NCBI GenBank assembly: GCA_051382335.1
Contig: JBBCAX010000144.1
Location: forward strand, 1 to 63,833
Direction: 5' to 3'
Source: Deltaproteobacteria bacterium TL4
GTDB taxonomy: Bacteria > SAR324 > NAC60-12
DNA: 63,833 bases
Part shown: piece by piece, positions 1 to 9,700 of the stretch
How the letters are laid out: the number at the start of each line of letters is the position of its first letter
Numbering within the stretch: position 1 is the first letter of the stretch
Notes under the pieces: generated by a model
What the model was told of the DNA's origin: nothing
Seen by the model: the letters and a program-made list of their open reading frames with translations, nothing else
Database searches by the model: none
Translations under genes and position numbers: made by a program

Positions 1-111
1 TCGATCCAAATTATCAACATCGGGAAACATCCTTGATGCGATTGGATAGAGAACTGAGGAGCGGGATATAAAGAAGGTGGCTGTTTATGTGATTGAAATC
101 ATAGTATTTAA

Positions 112-504
112 AACACGAACACTTATGATAGCCAAATCATTATCTCTTCACACACCTATCAGTTACTGCCTGCCGATTCTGAAATACTGGCCCGGGAGTT
201 AGATTTCATCAGTGTGAAGGGTAAAGAAAAACCTGTCAAAATTTTTGAGATTTACAACACCAATCCAAGTGAAATTCTTGATTCAAAACTGAAGATCCAG
301 CAGCTTTATCATGAGGGCCTCGTGAATTATTACTCCCGCCAGTGGGCTGAGGCGCTCCCATTATTTCAGGAATGTTTGAAGCTATTTCCTGGCGACACGG
401 TGAGCCATATTTATTACGAGCGCTGTAAACATTACAAAGATAATCCTCCGGACATGGATTGGATAGGGCTCAATCGTTTGACCGACAAAAAATCAGGTCT
501 ATAG
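112..504 (+). pseudogene. 3' fragment of a class III adenylate/guanylate cyclase with TPR tail
   Basis: The frame of ORF 214..504 extends upstream as TYDSQIIISSHTYQLLPADSEILARELDFISVKGKEKP, matching the post-catalytic parts of the cyclases at 6721 and 41781. In-frame stops at 94-96 and 109-111 cut off the catalytic core. Confidence 0.75.
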
Positions 505-547
505 TTAGTGTCTGGGGGCTTCCGGTCTAAGCCGGGGCCGTCCTATT

Positions 548-637
548 GTAGGGTGTCGTTAGCCGCAAGGCGTAACGCACCAGAAAACATGACATCCATT
601 TGGTGCGTTACGCTTATTCTTCGCTAACACGCCCTAC
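548..637. repeat. GTAG-type REP doublet (REPIN-like palindrome)
   Basis: GTAGGGTG...GCGTAACGCACCA is paired with TGGTGCGTTACGC...CGCCCTAC; related copy at 25310-25399. Confidence 0.7.
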
Positions 638-677
638 GCTTGTCCCGCATTATCACCAAAAACACATTAAAGGAAGT

Positions 678-1607
678 ATGTTCCCCCTTTGGATTTATTT
701 GAAACAATGTCCTCAGCAACCAGAACTTTTGCATCTTCTGAATGCTAATGGCTGGGAGATTCAAAAATTCAACAATATTTCAGAATTGCGCCAGCAACTT
801 TCACACAAAGCTGAAGATCAGGTCTTATTCCTAACAGACAGTTTTGAAGATGAGCTCATTTCTTTGATTCAACGGGAGCAACCCTATTTAATTCCTGTGA
901 TCTATTCCGGAAGTCCTCTTAAACAATCGATCTCCCAGATGATTCAACGGGTCGTGTGGCATCATATAGCCTATCTCCCATGGAAAAACCGTTTTAATCT
1001 ATTGCTGGTTACTTTACAGAAACTGGCAAGGGGTGCCAGTTCCGGAATGGAACCGTATTTTTCAAAACCCTTTGAGATCATTCAGCATACTTTTAGTTCT
1101 TCGGAAGAAAGATACGTCTTGATCGATGAACTTTCACAATGGATGACTCCTTTTTCAAAGAACTCCGGTTTTCAGGAATCTGCCCGGTTGGTAGCGGAAG
1201 AATTATTGATGAATGCCTTTTATAGCGCTCCTGTAAACGCTAGTGGACAGAAGACTTATGATCAGCAGGATCGAAGTATCCCTGTTCAACTATCCGAATC
1301 CCAGGGGGTTGAATTTGGTTATGGCTTCGATGGAACTCATCTTGGTATTTCCGTGAAAGATGTCTTTGGGAGTTTTGATAAAAACATTGTACCCGATAAA
1401 CTAAACCATTATTTTCAGGGGACTATGCAAATTTCTTCACAAGGAGGAGGCGCGGGACTCGGACTGACTCAAATCTTTCGTAATACTTCGTGTCTGGTTT
1501 TTAATATCGCCCCCAATACTTATACGGAAGCCATCGCGTTTTTGGACATGAAAGCCAGATTTTCAGAATTTTTAAAAAATCCAGCAGTGCTTAGCATATT
1601 TTTCTGA
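678..1607 (+). CDS. Degenerate receiver-like N-terminus plus HATPase_c-like (RsbW/anti-sigma kinase-like) domain
   Basis: EELLMNA (N box), ISVKDVFGS (G1) and GGAGLGL (G2), with no HisKA box. ATG 678 follows AGGAAG; the 600 start runs through the REP. Confidence 0.65.
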   Translation: MFPLWIYLKQCPQQPELLHLLNANGWEIQKFNNISELRQQLSHKAEDQVLFLTDSFEDELISLIQREQPYLIPVIYSGSPLKQSISQMIQRVVWHHIAYLPWKNRFNLLLVTLQKLARGASSGMEPYFSKPFEIIQHTFSSSEERYVLIDELSQWMTPFSKNSGFQESARLVAEELLMNAFYSAPVNASGQKTYDQQDRSIPVQLSESQGVEFGYGFDGTHLGISVKDVFGSFDKNIVPDKLNHYFQGTMQISSQGGGAGLGLTQIFRNTSCLVFNIAPNTYTEAIAFLDMKARFSEFLKNPAVLSIFF

Positions 1608-1705
1608 CGGCTAAAAAGCTCGACTTTATTTGAAACACTATAGAACATCAGGACGTAACCTGACGTTGTTCAAAATCAAACTGCCAGGAGATCAAGGAGT
1701 TCGTC

Positions 1706-1966
1706 ATGCAGAAGAAAAACCAAAAAAATTCTCAAATGATCGTTTTATTTGTCATAAGCTGTGGCGTCTTCACTTTCCCGATAATGTCTTTATTTAGTAG
1801 TAAAAGTGAAACACTGTTCGGTGTCCCGTTATTATACGTTTATTTGTATGTTGTCTGGTTCCTGCTGATTGGTCTTATCATGATCATCACCGGGTCTTAT
1901 CAAAAAAACAAATTGGGTCCTGTTTTAGAGCACACCAAGCGCAAAGTACGTAGGAAGAGAGCATAA
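1706..1966 (+). CDS. Small 2-TM membrane protein accompanying an SLC5 sensor kinase
   Basis: Two hydrophobic segments (LFGVPLLYVYLYVVW), AAGGAG RBS, ends 1 nt before the SLC5-kinase start. Confidence 0.75.
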   Translation: MQKKNQKNSQMIVLFVISCGVFTFPIMSLFSSKSETLFGVPLLYVYLYVVWFLLIGLIMIITGSYQKNKLGPVLEHTKRKVRRKRA

Positions 1967-1967
1967 A

Positions 1968-4900
1968 ATGGCACAATATTCTATGGTTATCCTGGTTTCT
2001 GTGGTTTCTGTCATTTATATGGGTTTATTATTTGTGATGGCTTACTATGCGGATAAGCGATCCGATGAAGGACGTAGTATTATCAGTAACCCGTATATTT
2101 ACTCCTTATCCATGGCCGTCTATTGTACTTCCTGGACCTACTATGGGAGTGTTGGACGCGCAGCCAGTACCGGTGTGGGTTTTTTGCCGATTTACATTGG
2201 TCCAACGCTGATGGCCATCTTATGGGTGGTGATCTTGCGCAAAATCATTCGTATTAGCAAAGTCAACCGCATTACCTCCATTGCCGATTTTATCTCCGCA
2301 CGCTATGGTAAAAGTGTATTTCTTGGAGGCTTAGTTGCCGTGATTGCCGTCATCGGAATCATGCCTTACATTTCTTTGCAGCTTAAAGCCGTTGCTACCA
2401 GTTTCAATATCATCATTCAATATCCTGAAGTTAGTCTACCCTACCAAGCTGAGAATTCCTCAATTTATACGGATACAGCGCTCTATGTGACTTTATTCAT
2501 GGCGTTATTCACGATCTTGTTTGGGACACGACATTTAGACGCGTCCGAACATCATGAGGGAATGGTTGCGGCAATTGCCTTTGAATCCATTGTAAAACTG
2601 GTAGCTTTTCTGGCGGTAGGAATCTTTGTAACGTATGGATTGAATAATGGTTTTGAAGATCTGTTCACTAAAGCGCAAGCTCTCCCCAAATTGAAAAATT
2701 TATTCAGTTTTAGCGATGACTCCGGGGAATATGTCAGTTGGACTACCATGAACCTTCTTGCCATGATGTCCATTATGTTTCTACCGCGGCAATTTCAAGT
2801 AGGTGTTTTGGAAAATGTTAATGAAAAGCATCTGTGGAAGGCGGTCTGGTTATTTCCTTTATACCTTCTGATCATCAATATTTTTGTTTTACCCATAGCG
2901 TTTGGAGGGTTAATCCGGTTTTCAGGAGAAACGATGGATCCGGATACCTTTGTGCTCACTTTGCCCATGGTGGAGCATCAGAAAGCTTTAGCCCTGTTTG
3001 CTTTTATTGGGGGCTTGTCCGCGGCAACAGGGATGGTTATTGTGGAGACCATCGCGTTAAGCACAATGGTGTGTAACGCCTTGGTCATGCCCCTCTTAAT
3101 GAAGATGCGTTTTTTACACATGGATCTGCGTCAGGATCTTAGTGGACTTCTCTTGGCAATTCGTCGTATCACGATCCTGCTAATCCTCTTACTTTGTTAT
3201 CTGTATTTCCGCATCATAGGAAATTCCTATGCCTTAGTGACGATTGGGTTAGTCTCCTTTGCTGCCGCAACACAGTTTGCGCCAGCAATTCTGGGGGGTA
3301 TTTATTGGAAGGAGGGAACTCGTCTTGGCGCAATTGTAGGCTTAACCGGAGGATTTTTCGTCTGGGCTTACACCCTGCTTATTCCTTCCTTCGCAAAGTC
3401 GGGTTGGTTACCCCTCAGCTTTATTGAGGAAGGTCCCTTGGGTATGGCCTTACTGAAACCTTACCAGTTGTTTGGTTTGCAAGGCATGGATTCACTGACC
3501 CACTCCCTTTTTTGGAGTATGGTGGCCAACATAGGAGGGTATGCCCTGATCTCCCTGTGGCTTAAACACCAAAATATGGTTGAATATAGTCAGGCGCTCA
3601 TCTTTGTCGATGTGTTTGAAAAAACGGAAGAAAATCCTGAAATAACGCTCTGGCGTGGAACCGCTTCCCTTTTAGATTTGCGCTCTTTGTTGAACCGTAT
3701 TTTGGGAACAATACGGGCAGAAGAAATATTAACGGATTATGCCTCCCAACATCATTTGGACTTGAGCACTGTCTCTAAAGTAGACGCGGAGTTAATTGAT
3801 TATGCGGAAAAAGAACTTTCCAGCGTCCTCGGTAGCGCTTCAGCACGTATTATCATTGCTTCGATTACTCGAGGCGAGGAATTAGGGATGAAGGAAGTCA
3901 TGAAAGTTCTGGATGAAGCCTCCCAAGCAATCACGCAAAGTCGACAAGCTGAAGAAAAAGCGTTAGATACGATCAAAAAACAAAATGAAAAATTAAGACA
4001 ACTTGATAAATTGAAAGACGAATTTTTAGCCAATACCTCCCACGAGTTGCGGACTCCCTTGAATGCTATTATCGGTCTTGGTGAATCGTTGGTGGATGGC
4101 ATCGGGGGGCCTCTCAGTCAGGTCCATACGAAGAACCTGCAATTGATTATTCAAAGCGGCAAACGTCTTGCTTATCTGGTAAACGATATTCTCGATTTTT
4201 CAAAATTGAAAAACCACGAATTGCAACTTCAGTTGAAAGCGGTGGATATTCACAGTATCGTGGAAATCGTACTCGCCTTATCCATCCCCCTGCTTCAGCA
4301 AAAGTCGCTTCAGATACACAACGAGATTCCCCAAGATCTGCCTTTGGCGCTTGCTGATGAAAACCGTCTACAGCAAATTCTGATGAATCTGATCAGTAAT
4401 GCGGTGAAGTTTACTCATGAAGGCCGCATCACTTTATCTGCCAAGCAGGAACAGGCGATGATTCTTATTTCGGTATCAGATACGGGGATAGGAATCCGAG
4501 AGGATCAACATAAGCGTATTTTCCAATCCTTTGAACAGTCAGATGGTTCAACGGCAAGAGCCTATGGAGGAACAGGACTCGGATTGGCTGTAACCAAAAA
4601 TCTGGTAGAATTGCATGGGGGACGCATCACCGTCACAAGTAAGGAAGGTCAGGGTTCAACCTTCACTTTCACTTTGCCGATTTCCCGGGAATCCACCAGA
4701 ACCCATTCAGAGCAAAAGGCTGTCGCCAAGGTTCAATATCTGGAGGCAGATTCGTTGTCATTTCCCGAAATAGAAATAACGCTCACACGGGAAACGCCCC
4801 TCAACAGGGATTCCCAGAAAAAGCCTGAAACTTTTGATGTGGCTCAAGGTAAGGTTTATACCATTTTGATTGTGGATGATGAACCGGTCAATGTACAGGT

Positions 4901-6053
4901 TTTACAAAATCAATTGAGTTTGAAGCATTATGAATGTCTGGTGGCTTATGATGGGTTTCAGGCCTTGAATATCCTTCAGCATAAAAATCCGGATTTGATC
5001 TTGCTGGATCTCATGATGCCCAGGATGAGTGGATATGAAGTGTGTCAAAAAATCAGAGAAAGCCATTCTCCGGCCGCTCTTCCTGTGATTCTGCTGACCG
5101 CCAAAAATCAGCTCACGGACCTTCTGCAAGGCTTGGAGAGCGGTGCCAATGACTACCTTTCCAAACCATTTAACAAGGATGAACTCTTGGCTCGCATCAA
5201 GAGCCAGCTTCAAATCAAGGAGGCCATTAATTCGATCAAGGAAACCCAGCGTCTTGAAATAGAACTCAAAACAGCACATACTGTTCAAGAGTTGCTGCTG
5301 CCTCAAAAAGATCCAGACCTGGAGGAAATCGAACTGGCAAGTTTTTATCATTCTGCTTCAGAAACAGGCGGGGACTGGTTCACCTACCGTTATTATCCTG
5401 AAACTCAGTTTCTGGATGTGATGATTGGGGATGTGACAGGACATGGCATTCCCGCCGCGTTAATTACCGCCGTAGTGGAAAGTTTTTTCCGGTCCATAGA
5501 AGAATACCGTATTGACGCGCACAAAACCAGTCAGATTGACTCCAAGCTGCTCAATCCGGCATACCTGATGGAACGCCTCAACAACGTCATTTATAGCATT
5601 ACCGCAGGCGTTTACAACATGACCTTTTTCTATTCTGCAATCGACTTTCAGCAACAACGGTTGAGCTATTCCTGCGCTGCGCATAATCCGTGTCATGTCT
5701 GGCGAGCCTCAAAGTTTTCTTTTATGTCAGGCGAAACAACACAGAAACGTTCCATCATTGATTTGATGGCGCAAAGCCACCGTTTGGGGGATCAACCTGG
5801 AATGAACTACAGCCTGCAAACTCAGGATTTACAAAGTGGAGATGTGCTGGTCTGGTACACCGATGGTCTGGTGGAAAATACCAATGCCCAGGGAGAGATG
5901 TGGGATGTGCGCAATCTTCAACGAGTGATCAAAACAGCGCTGGGATTGACGGCCCAGCAAATTAAAGACAAGATTGTTGAGATCGCTTTTCAGCACTACG
6001 GAGAGCATCCTCTGGAGGATGACGTGACTCTGATTGTGGGAAGGATTCGTTGA
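1968..6053 (+). CDS. Na+/solute symporter (SLC5)-STAC-HisKA-HATPase-REC-PP2C hybrid sensor (CrbS/CbrA-like)
   Basis: YSLSMAVYCTSWTYYGSVG SLC5 motif; FLANTSHELRTPL; GGTGLGL; LLDLMMP receiver; GGDW, IGDVTGHG, YTDGL and DDVT SpoIIE motifs. Confidence 0.9.
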   Translation: MAQYSMVILVSVVSVIYMGLLFVMAYYADKRSDEGRSIISNPYIYSLSMAVYCTSWTYYGSVGRAASTGVGFLPIYIGPTLMAILWVVILRKIIRISKVNRITSIADFISARYGKSVFLGGLVAVIAVIGIMPYISLQLKAVATSFNIIIQYPEVSLPYQAENSSIYTDTALYVTLFMALFTILFGTRHLDASEHHEGMVAAIAFESIVKLVAFLAVGIFVTYGLNNGFEDLFTKAQALPKLKNLFSFSDDSGEYVSWTTMNLLAMMSIMFLPRQFQVGVLENVNEKHLWKAVWLFPLYLLIINIFVLPIAFGGLIRFSGETMDPDTFVLTLPMVEHQKALALFAFIGGLSAATGMVIVETIALSTMVCNALVMPLLMKMRFLHMDLRQDLSGLLLAIRRITILLILLLCYLYFRIIGNSYALVTIGLVSFAAATQFAPAILGGIYWKEGTRLGAIVGLTGGFFVWAYTLLIPSFAKSGWLPLSFIEEGPLGMALLKPYQLFGLQGMDSLTHSLFWSMVANIGGYALISLWLKHQNMVEYSQALIFVDVFEKTEENPEITLWRGTASLLDLRSLLNRILGTIRAEEILTDYASQHHLDLSTVSKVDAELIDYAEKELSSVLGSASARIIIASITRGEELGMKEVMKVLDEASQAITQSRQAEEKALDTIKKQNEKLRQLDKLKDEFLANTSHELRTPLNAIIGLGESLVDGIGGPLSQVHTKNLQLIIQSGKRLAYLVNDILDFSKLKNHELQLQLKAVDIHSIVEIVLALSIPLLQQKSLQIHNEIPQDLPLALADENRLQQILMNLISNAVKFTHEGRITLSAKQEQAMILISVSDTGIGIREDQHKRIFQSFEQSDGSTARAYGGTGLGLAVTKNLVELHGGRITVTSKEGQGSTFTFTLPISRESTRTHSEQKAVAKVQYLEADSLSFPEIEITLTRETPLNRDSQKKPETFDVAQGKVYTILIVDDEPVNVQVLQNQLSLKHYECLVAYDGFQALNILQHKNPDLILLDLMMPRMSGYEVCQKIRESHSPAALPVILLTAKNQLTDLLQGLESGANDYLSKPFNKDELLARIKSQLQIKEAINSIKETQRLEIELKTAHTVQELLLPQKDPDLEEIELASFYHSASETGGDWFTYRYYPETQFLDVMIGDVTGHGIPAALITAVVESFFRSIEEYRIDAHKTSQIDSKLLNPAYLMERLNNVIYSITAGVYNMTFFYSAIDFQQQRLSYSCAAHNPCHVWRASKFSFMSGETTQKRSIIDLMAQSHRLGDQPGMNYSLQTQDLQSGDVLVWYTDGLVENTNAQGEMWDVRNLQRVIKTALGLTAQQIKDKIVEIAFQHYGEHPLEDDVTLIVGRIR

Positions 6054-6127
6054 TAAATTTTCAAGGAGCGATTCTTACAGGCAGCATAATTCCCTCTCAA
6101 AAGTGAACTTTATACTCGTTGACAAGC

Positions 6128-6232
6128 TATAGTGTTTCAGAAAAGTATTTTGGGCTGGGAGCGCAAGTGTTCCGCCTGCTTTTGCGGGCAGGGAGCCCGT
6201 CTTCCCAGGAAAAACTTAGCTGAAAGTCTATA
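6128..6232. mobile_element. TATAG-ended MITE-like element with an internal GC-rich REP-like palindrome
   Basis: Terminal IR TATAGTGTTTCAG / CTGAAAGTCTATA (11 of 13 match); internal imperfect palindrome CTGGGAGCG...CTTCCCAG. Confidence 0.5.
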
Positions 6233-6258
6233 AGATTTCAACACAACAGGAGTTATTT

Positions 6259-6711
6259 ATGGCAAAAGGAATTCAGATTATAGAACAAGAGGCGCGTTTT
6301 TTAATTCAAGGATATATTGATGCTAATCTGGATTTAACCCCCTTGTTGCAATGTTCAAGAAACCATTTGGTTCTGGACACACAGGAAGTGAGGGAAATCA
6401 ATTCCATTGGAGTAAAGAAATGGGTGGAAGGAATGCGCACCCTGATGCGGCAAGGAAAACAAATAGAATATCAGCAATGTTCCAGAGTATTTGTGCGTCA
6501 GTGCAATTTTGTGGAGGAATTTCATGAGGGAATTTTCGTGTCTTCCTTTTATGCTGTCTTTGAATGTGAAGATTGTGATGAATTGAAGACTCAATTGCTG
6601 CACACCCACGAATTGAATATCACGAATCTTGCGCCAAAGGTTCCCTGCCCCAAGTGTGGACAAATCATGCATACGGAAGAAGATTCAATCTTTGATTTTC
6701 TGAAATGTTGA
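6259..6711 (+). CDS. STAS-like anti-sigma antagonist with C-terminal zinc ribbon
   Basis: LDTQEVREINSIGVKKW STAS-like motif with candidate phospho-Ser; CEDC...CPKC; AGGAG RBS. Confidence 0.7.
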   Translation: MAKGIQIIEQEARFLIQGYIDANLDLTPLLQCSRNHLVLDTQEVREINSIGVKKWVEGMRTLMRQGKQIEYQQCSRVFVRQCNFVEEFHEGIFVSSFYAVFECEDCDELKTQLLHTHELNITNLAPKVPCPKCGQIMHTEEDSIFDFLKC

Positions 6712-6720
6712 TCGTGAGGC

Positions 6721-9700
6721 TTATTTTGAAAGGAACACACTGGCACCATTCCAATCTTCAGCGGGAGGATTTTTTTGAAAATACTCACACTGGCTGATAT
6801 GAAAATGAACCGCTATATCTTCAGGATAAATGTCCAGCGATTTTCGGAAAGTATTGATGGCTTGTTCCCACTGTCGGGTATGCCTTTCGTAGAGTCCTTT
6901 CGAAATGAATCTGTTTGATTTACGCTTCTGTTTCCTGATTTCCACAGAGTCCATATCATAAACCTCATAAATGGAGAGTGGCTCTGTTTTACCTTTTACC
7001 AATACCCAGTCCATTTCCCTATAATGAAAGGTGTCTAAACTTTTCAGACAGCAAAGCGTATCATAGCTGATCAGAATTTTTGATCCATAATATTTCGTCA
7101 AGCCTTCCAACCTTGACGCAATGTTGACCGTATCCCCAATCACGGTGGAATCCATCCGATCTTGCGAACCTAGCGTTCCAATCACCACAGAACCTCTATG
7201 GATACCAATTCCTGACACAATGGGAAGGTATCCGCACTCGATTCGATGCTGATTATAGACTTTCAATATTTCCTGCATGGCGATAGCAGCACGCAGAGCG
7301 CTCTCTGTTTCCTCAGCTTTCGAATTATCAGGAAAATCAAAGAGCGCCATGATGGCATCGCCGATGAATTTGTCCACAAAGCCTCCATATTGATGAATTG
7401 GATCACTCATCTTCTGCAAATAAGTATTCAGAAAATTCATTAGATCCTGAGCGGTCATGGTTTCTGAAAGTTCGGTAAAGGAACGGATGTCTGAAAACAT
7501 GATCGTAATCGTGGCACTCTGTCCCTTCCCTAATTCGATGCTATCCAATCCGTCTTGAGCGATCCGATTCAAAAATTGTTTGGGGACAAACTTTTCAAAG
7601 GTGCGGGTCATCGCGGTAATTTTCGCGCTTTCCGCCAATTGGATTTTGGTGGCTTTCAACGCTTCATACTGTTGCGCGTTATAAATGGCATTACTGATCT
7701 GATTTACATAGAGCTGGATTCTAACAATATCCGACTCCACTAAATCAAAGGGTTTTCTTGAATTTCCGAAATTGATAACGCCAATGGCTTCCCCGTGAAA
7801 ACTCAAGGGACAAAATAAAACGGATTCTGTAGGGAAAATTTCATAAAGTTGACGGTCATACTCATCAAAATATTCAAGCATTTTCGGAGTGATACAAGCA
7901 ATATAGTTGGGATCATTGTACTTCAGCGTTTTCACAAAAAAATTGTTATCTTGCGTGACAGGAATGACTAGGGCTTTCCACTTTCCTTCATCTGCTAACC
8001 AACTGCCATCGTGATAAGCCGCATGAAAAACCAGATTTCGCCGACTTTCATCCAGCAGCGCAATGGCTAATCCGTTGAATTTAAAGATTTGCTGCAAGAC
8101 CGTCATAATCTGTTTGACGAGGGTATCCAGATCCAGTGTGGAATTGACAATTTGCACGACCTGATTGATGAGCTGGATTTCCTGATGCGCGGCTTTAATT
8201 TCCTGTTCCCGTTCCTGAATTTGTTCTACATGCAGGATCATTTCAAAATGATGTGACAGATTGCGGGTCAAGCCCTGTAAAAACAGTTGTTCATCCGATT
8301 GCAACCGTCGCTGAGGATCATAGTGGGTGAGGTTAATGATGCCCGCGACTTTGCCTTCGGAAAGCAGAGGCAGAATCAATTGCTCCGCAGGGATTTTTCC
8401 GTAGTGCATTTGTAATAACTCCTCCGATAAATAGTTGTGAATTTGTTCGCCATTGACCAAAAATGACTGTTGGGTCTGAAACACAATATAGGCATAGGAG
8501 GATTCCTGAGCGACCTTGATCCGGAAGGTTTTCGCGATTTCCTCCTGTAATTGGTAGCTGTCCAGATAAACCAGCTTTTCAGAGGATTCCTCATAGATGA
8601 AAATAGATCCTGAGGCCTCACGATCCAGACACAAGATCACATCCTTGATAAAAATCTGAAAGGCGTCTTTCAGGTTATGGGAAAGGCCCACTTTCTGGCT
8701 GATCGTGTTGATCAGGCTTAACTGATCCCGTGCTTTTTGCAAATTCAGGGTTCTTTCCTGAACTCTCTCTTCCAGAGACGTGATCAGTCGGATGTTTTCA
8801 ATGACGGGGCCAAGACTGGTCGCAATCGTTCTGAGAAACTCCTGTTCTTCTATTGAATAAAGCTGTTCATTCTGTTTTTCTTCCAAGGCGATAAAACAGC
8901 TCAGAGCGCCATGGAAAAACACAGGTTGAAGCAAGACACTTTTGGAAAATACGCTTTCAGCATTCAACGGAATCTCATGAGATCGGAACCATTCATCTCT
9001 TTGATCTGAAGAAACCAGATCCTGAGTTTCATACAGCATTTGCACCAGGGGATGATCCGCTTCTATTCTGAAGGAATCTTCGGGCTGATAAGTGGTTTGC
9101 GTAAACCCCTGAGACCTGTCTGGCGCAACATAGAGGGTTCCCTGATAGGAAAGTGCTTTTTTATCCGAAAAAAACAACCAGCATTTTCGGTTTTCCAGAG
9201 TGTGAAGAAGGTGGGGAATCATCGTCTGTTCCACACTTTGCTGAGTCAACGCTATGGAAAGTTTGATATGGAGATCCTGCAAAATCTGTTTCCATTGAAG
9301 CCTTTCCGTAGGGAACACCAGGCTCAGGAGACGAGTCACCAGGCGATCCAAAAGACGGAATCCCAAGAGGAAGCCTAAAATGATGACAGGCTGCGGGATG
9401 GACGTTCTTTCCAGAAAAAAAGAGACGGTGACAATCACTCCCAGGAGTACTCCATAGTGGAGGGTTTTTCTGCAAAGATGAAACACCGAGGCTTTATAAT
9501 ACTGGAGCAGGGCATAGCCTTGAATCAAAATAGGCAGGAAGGTGAAATTGCCTAAAGGATAAAGTTCCACTCCATAGAGGGCGGGCATGTTTCCCAGATT
9601 CAAAAAAATAAGCACGATTTCACTCCAGAAAAAATACAGCAATCGGCGTTTTCTGGAGGAATCCGCTTCTTGTCGATAACTTTTGAAAATAAAATAAATT

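Noticed and set aside
600..677. 5' extension of ORF 600..1607
   Set aside because: Reads through a REP palindrome; a better RBS and ATG are at 678.
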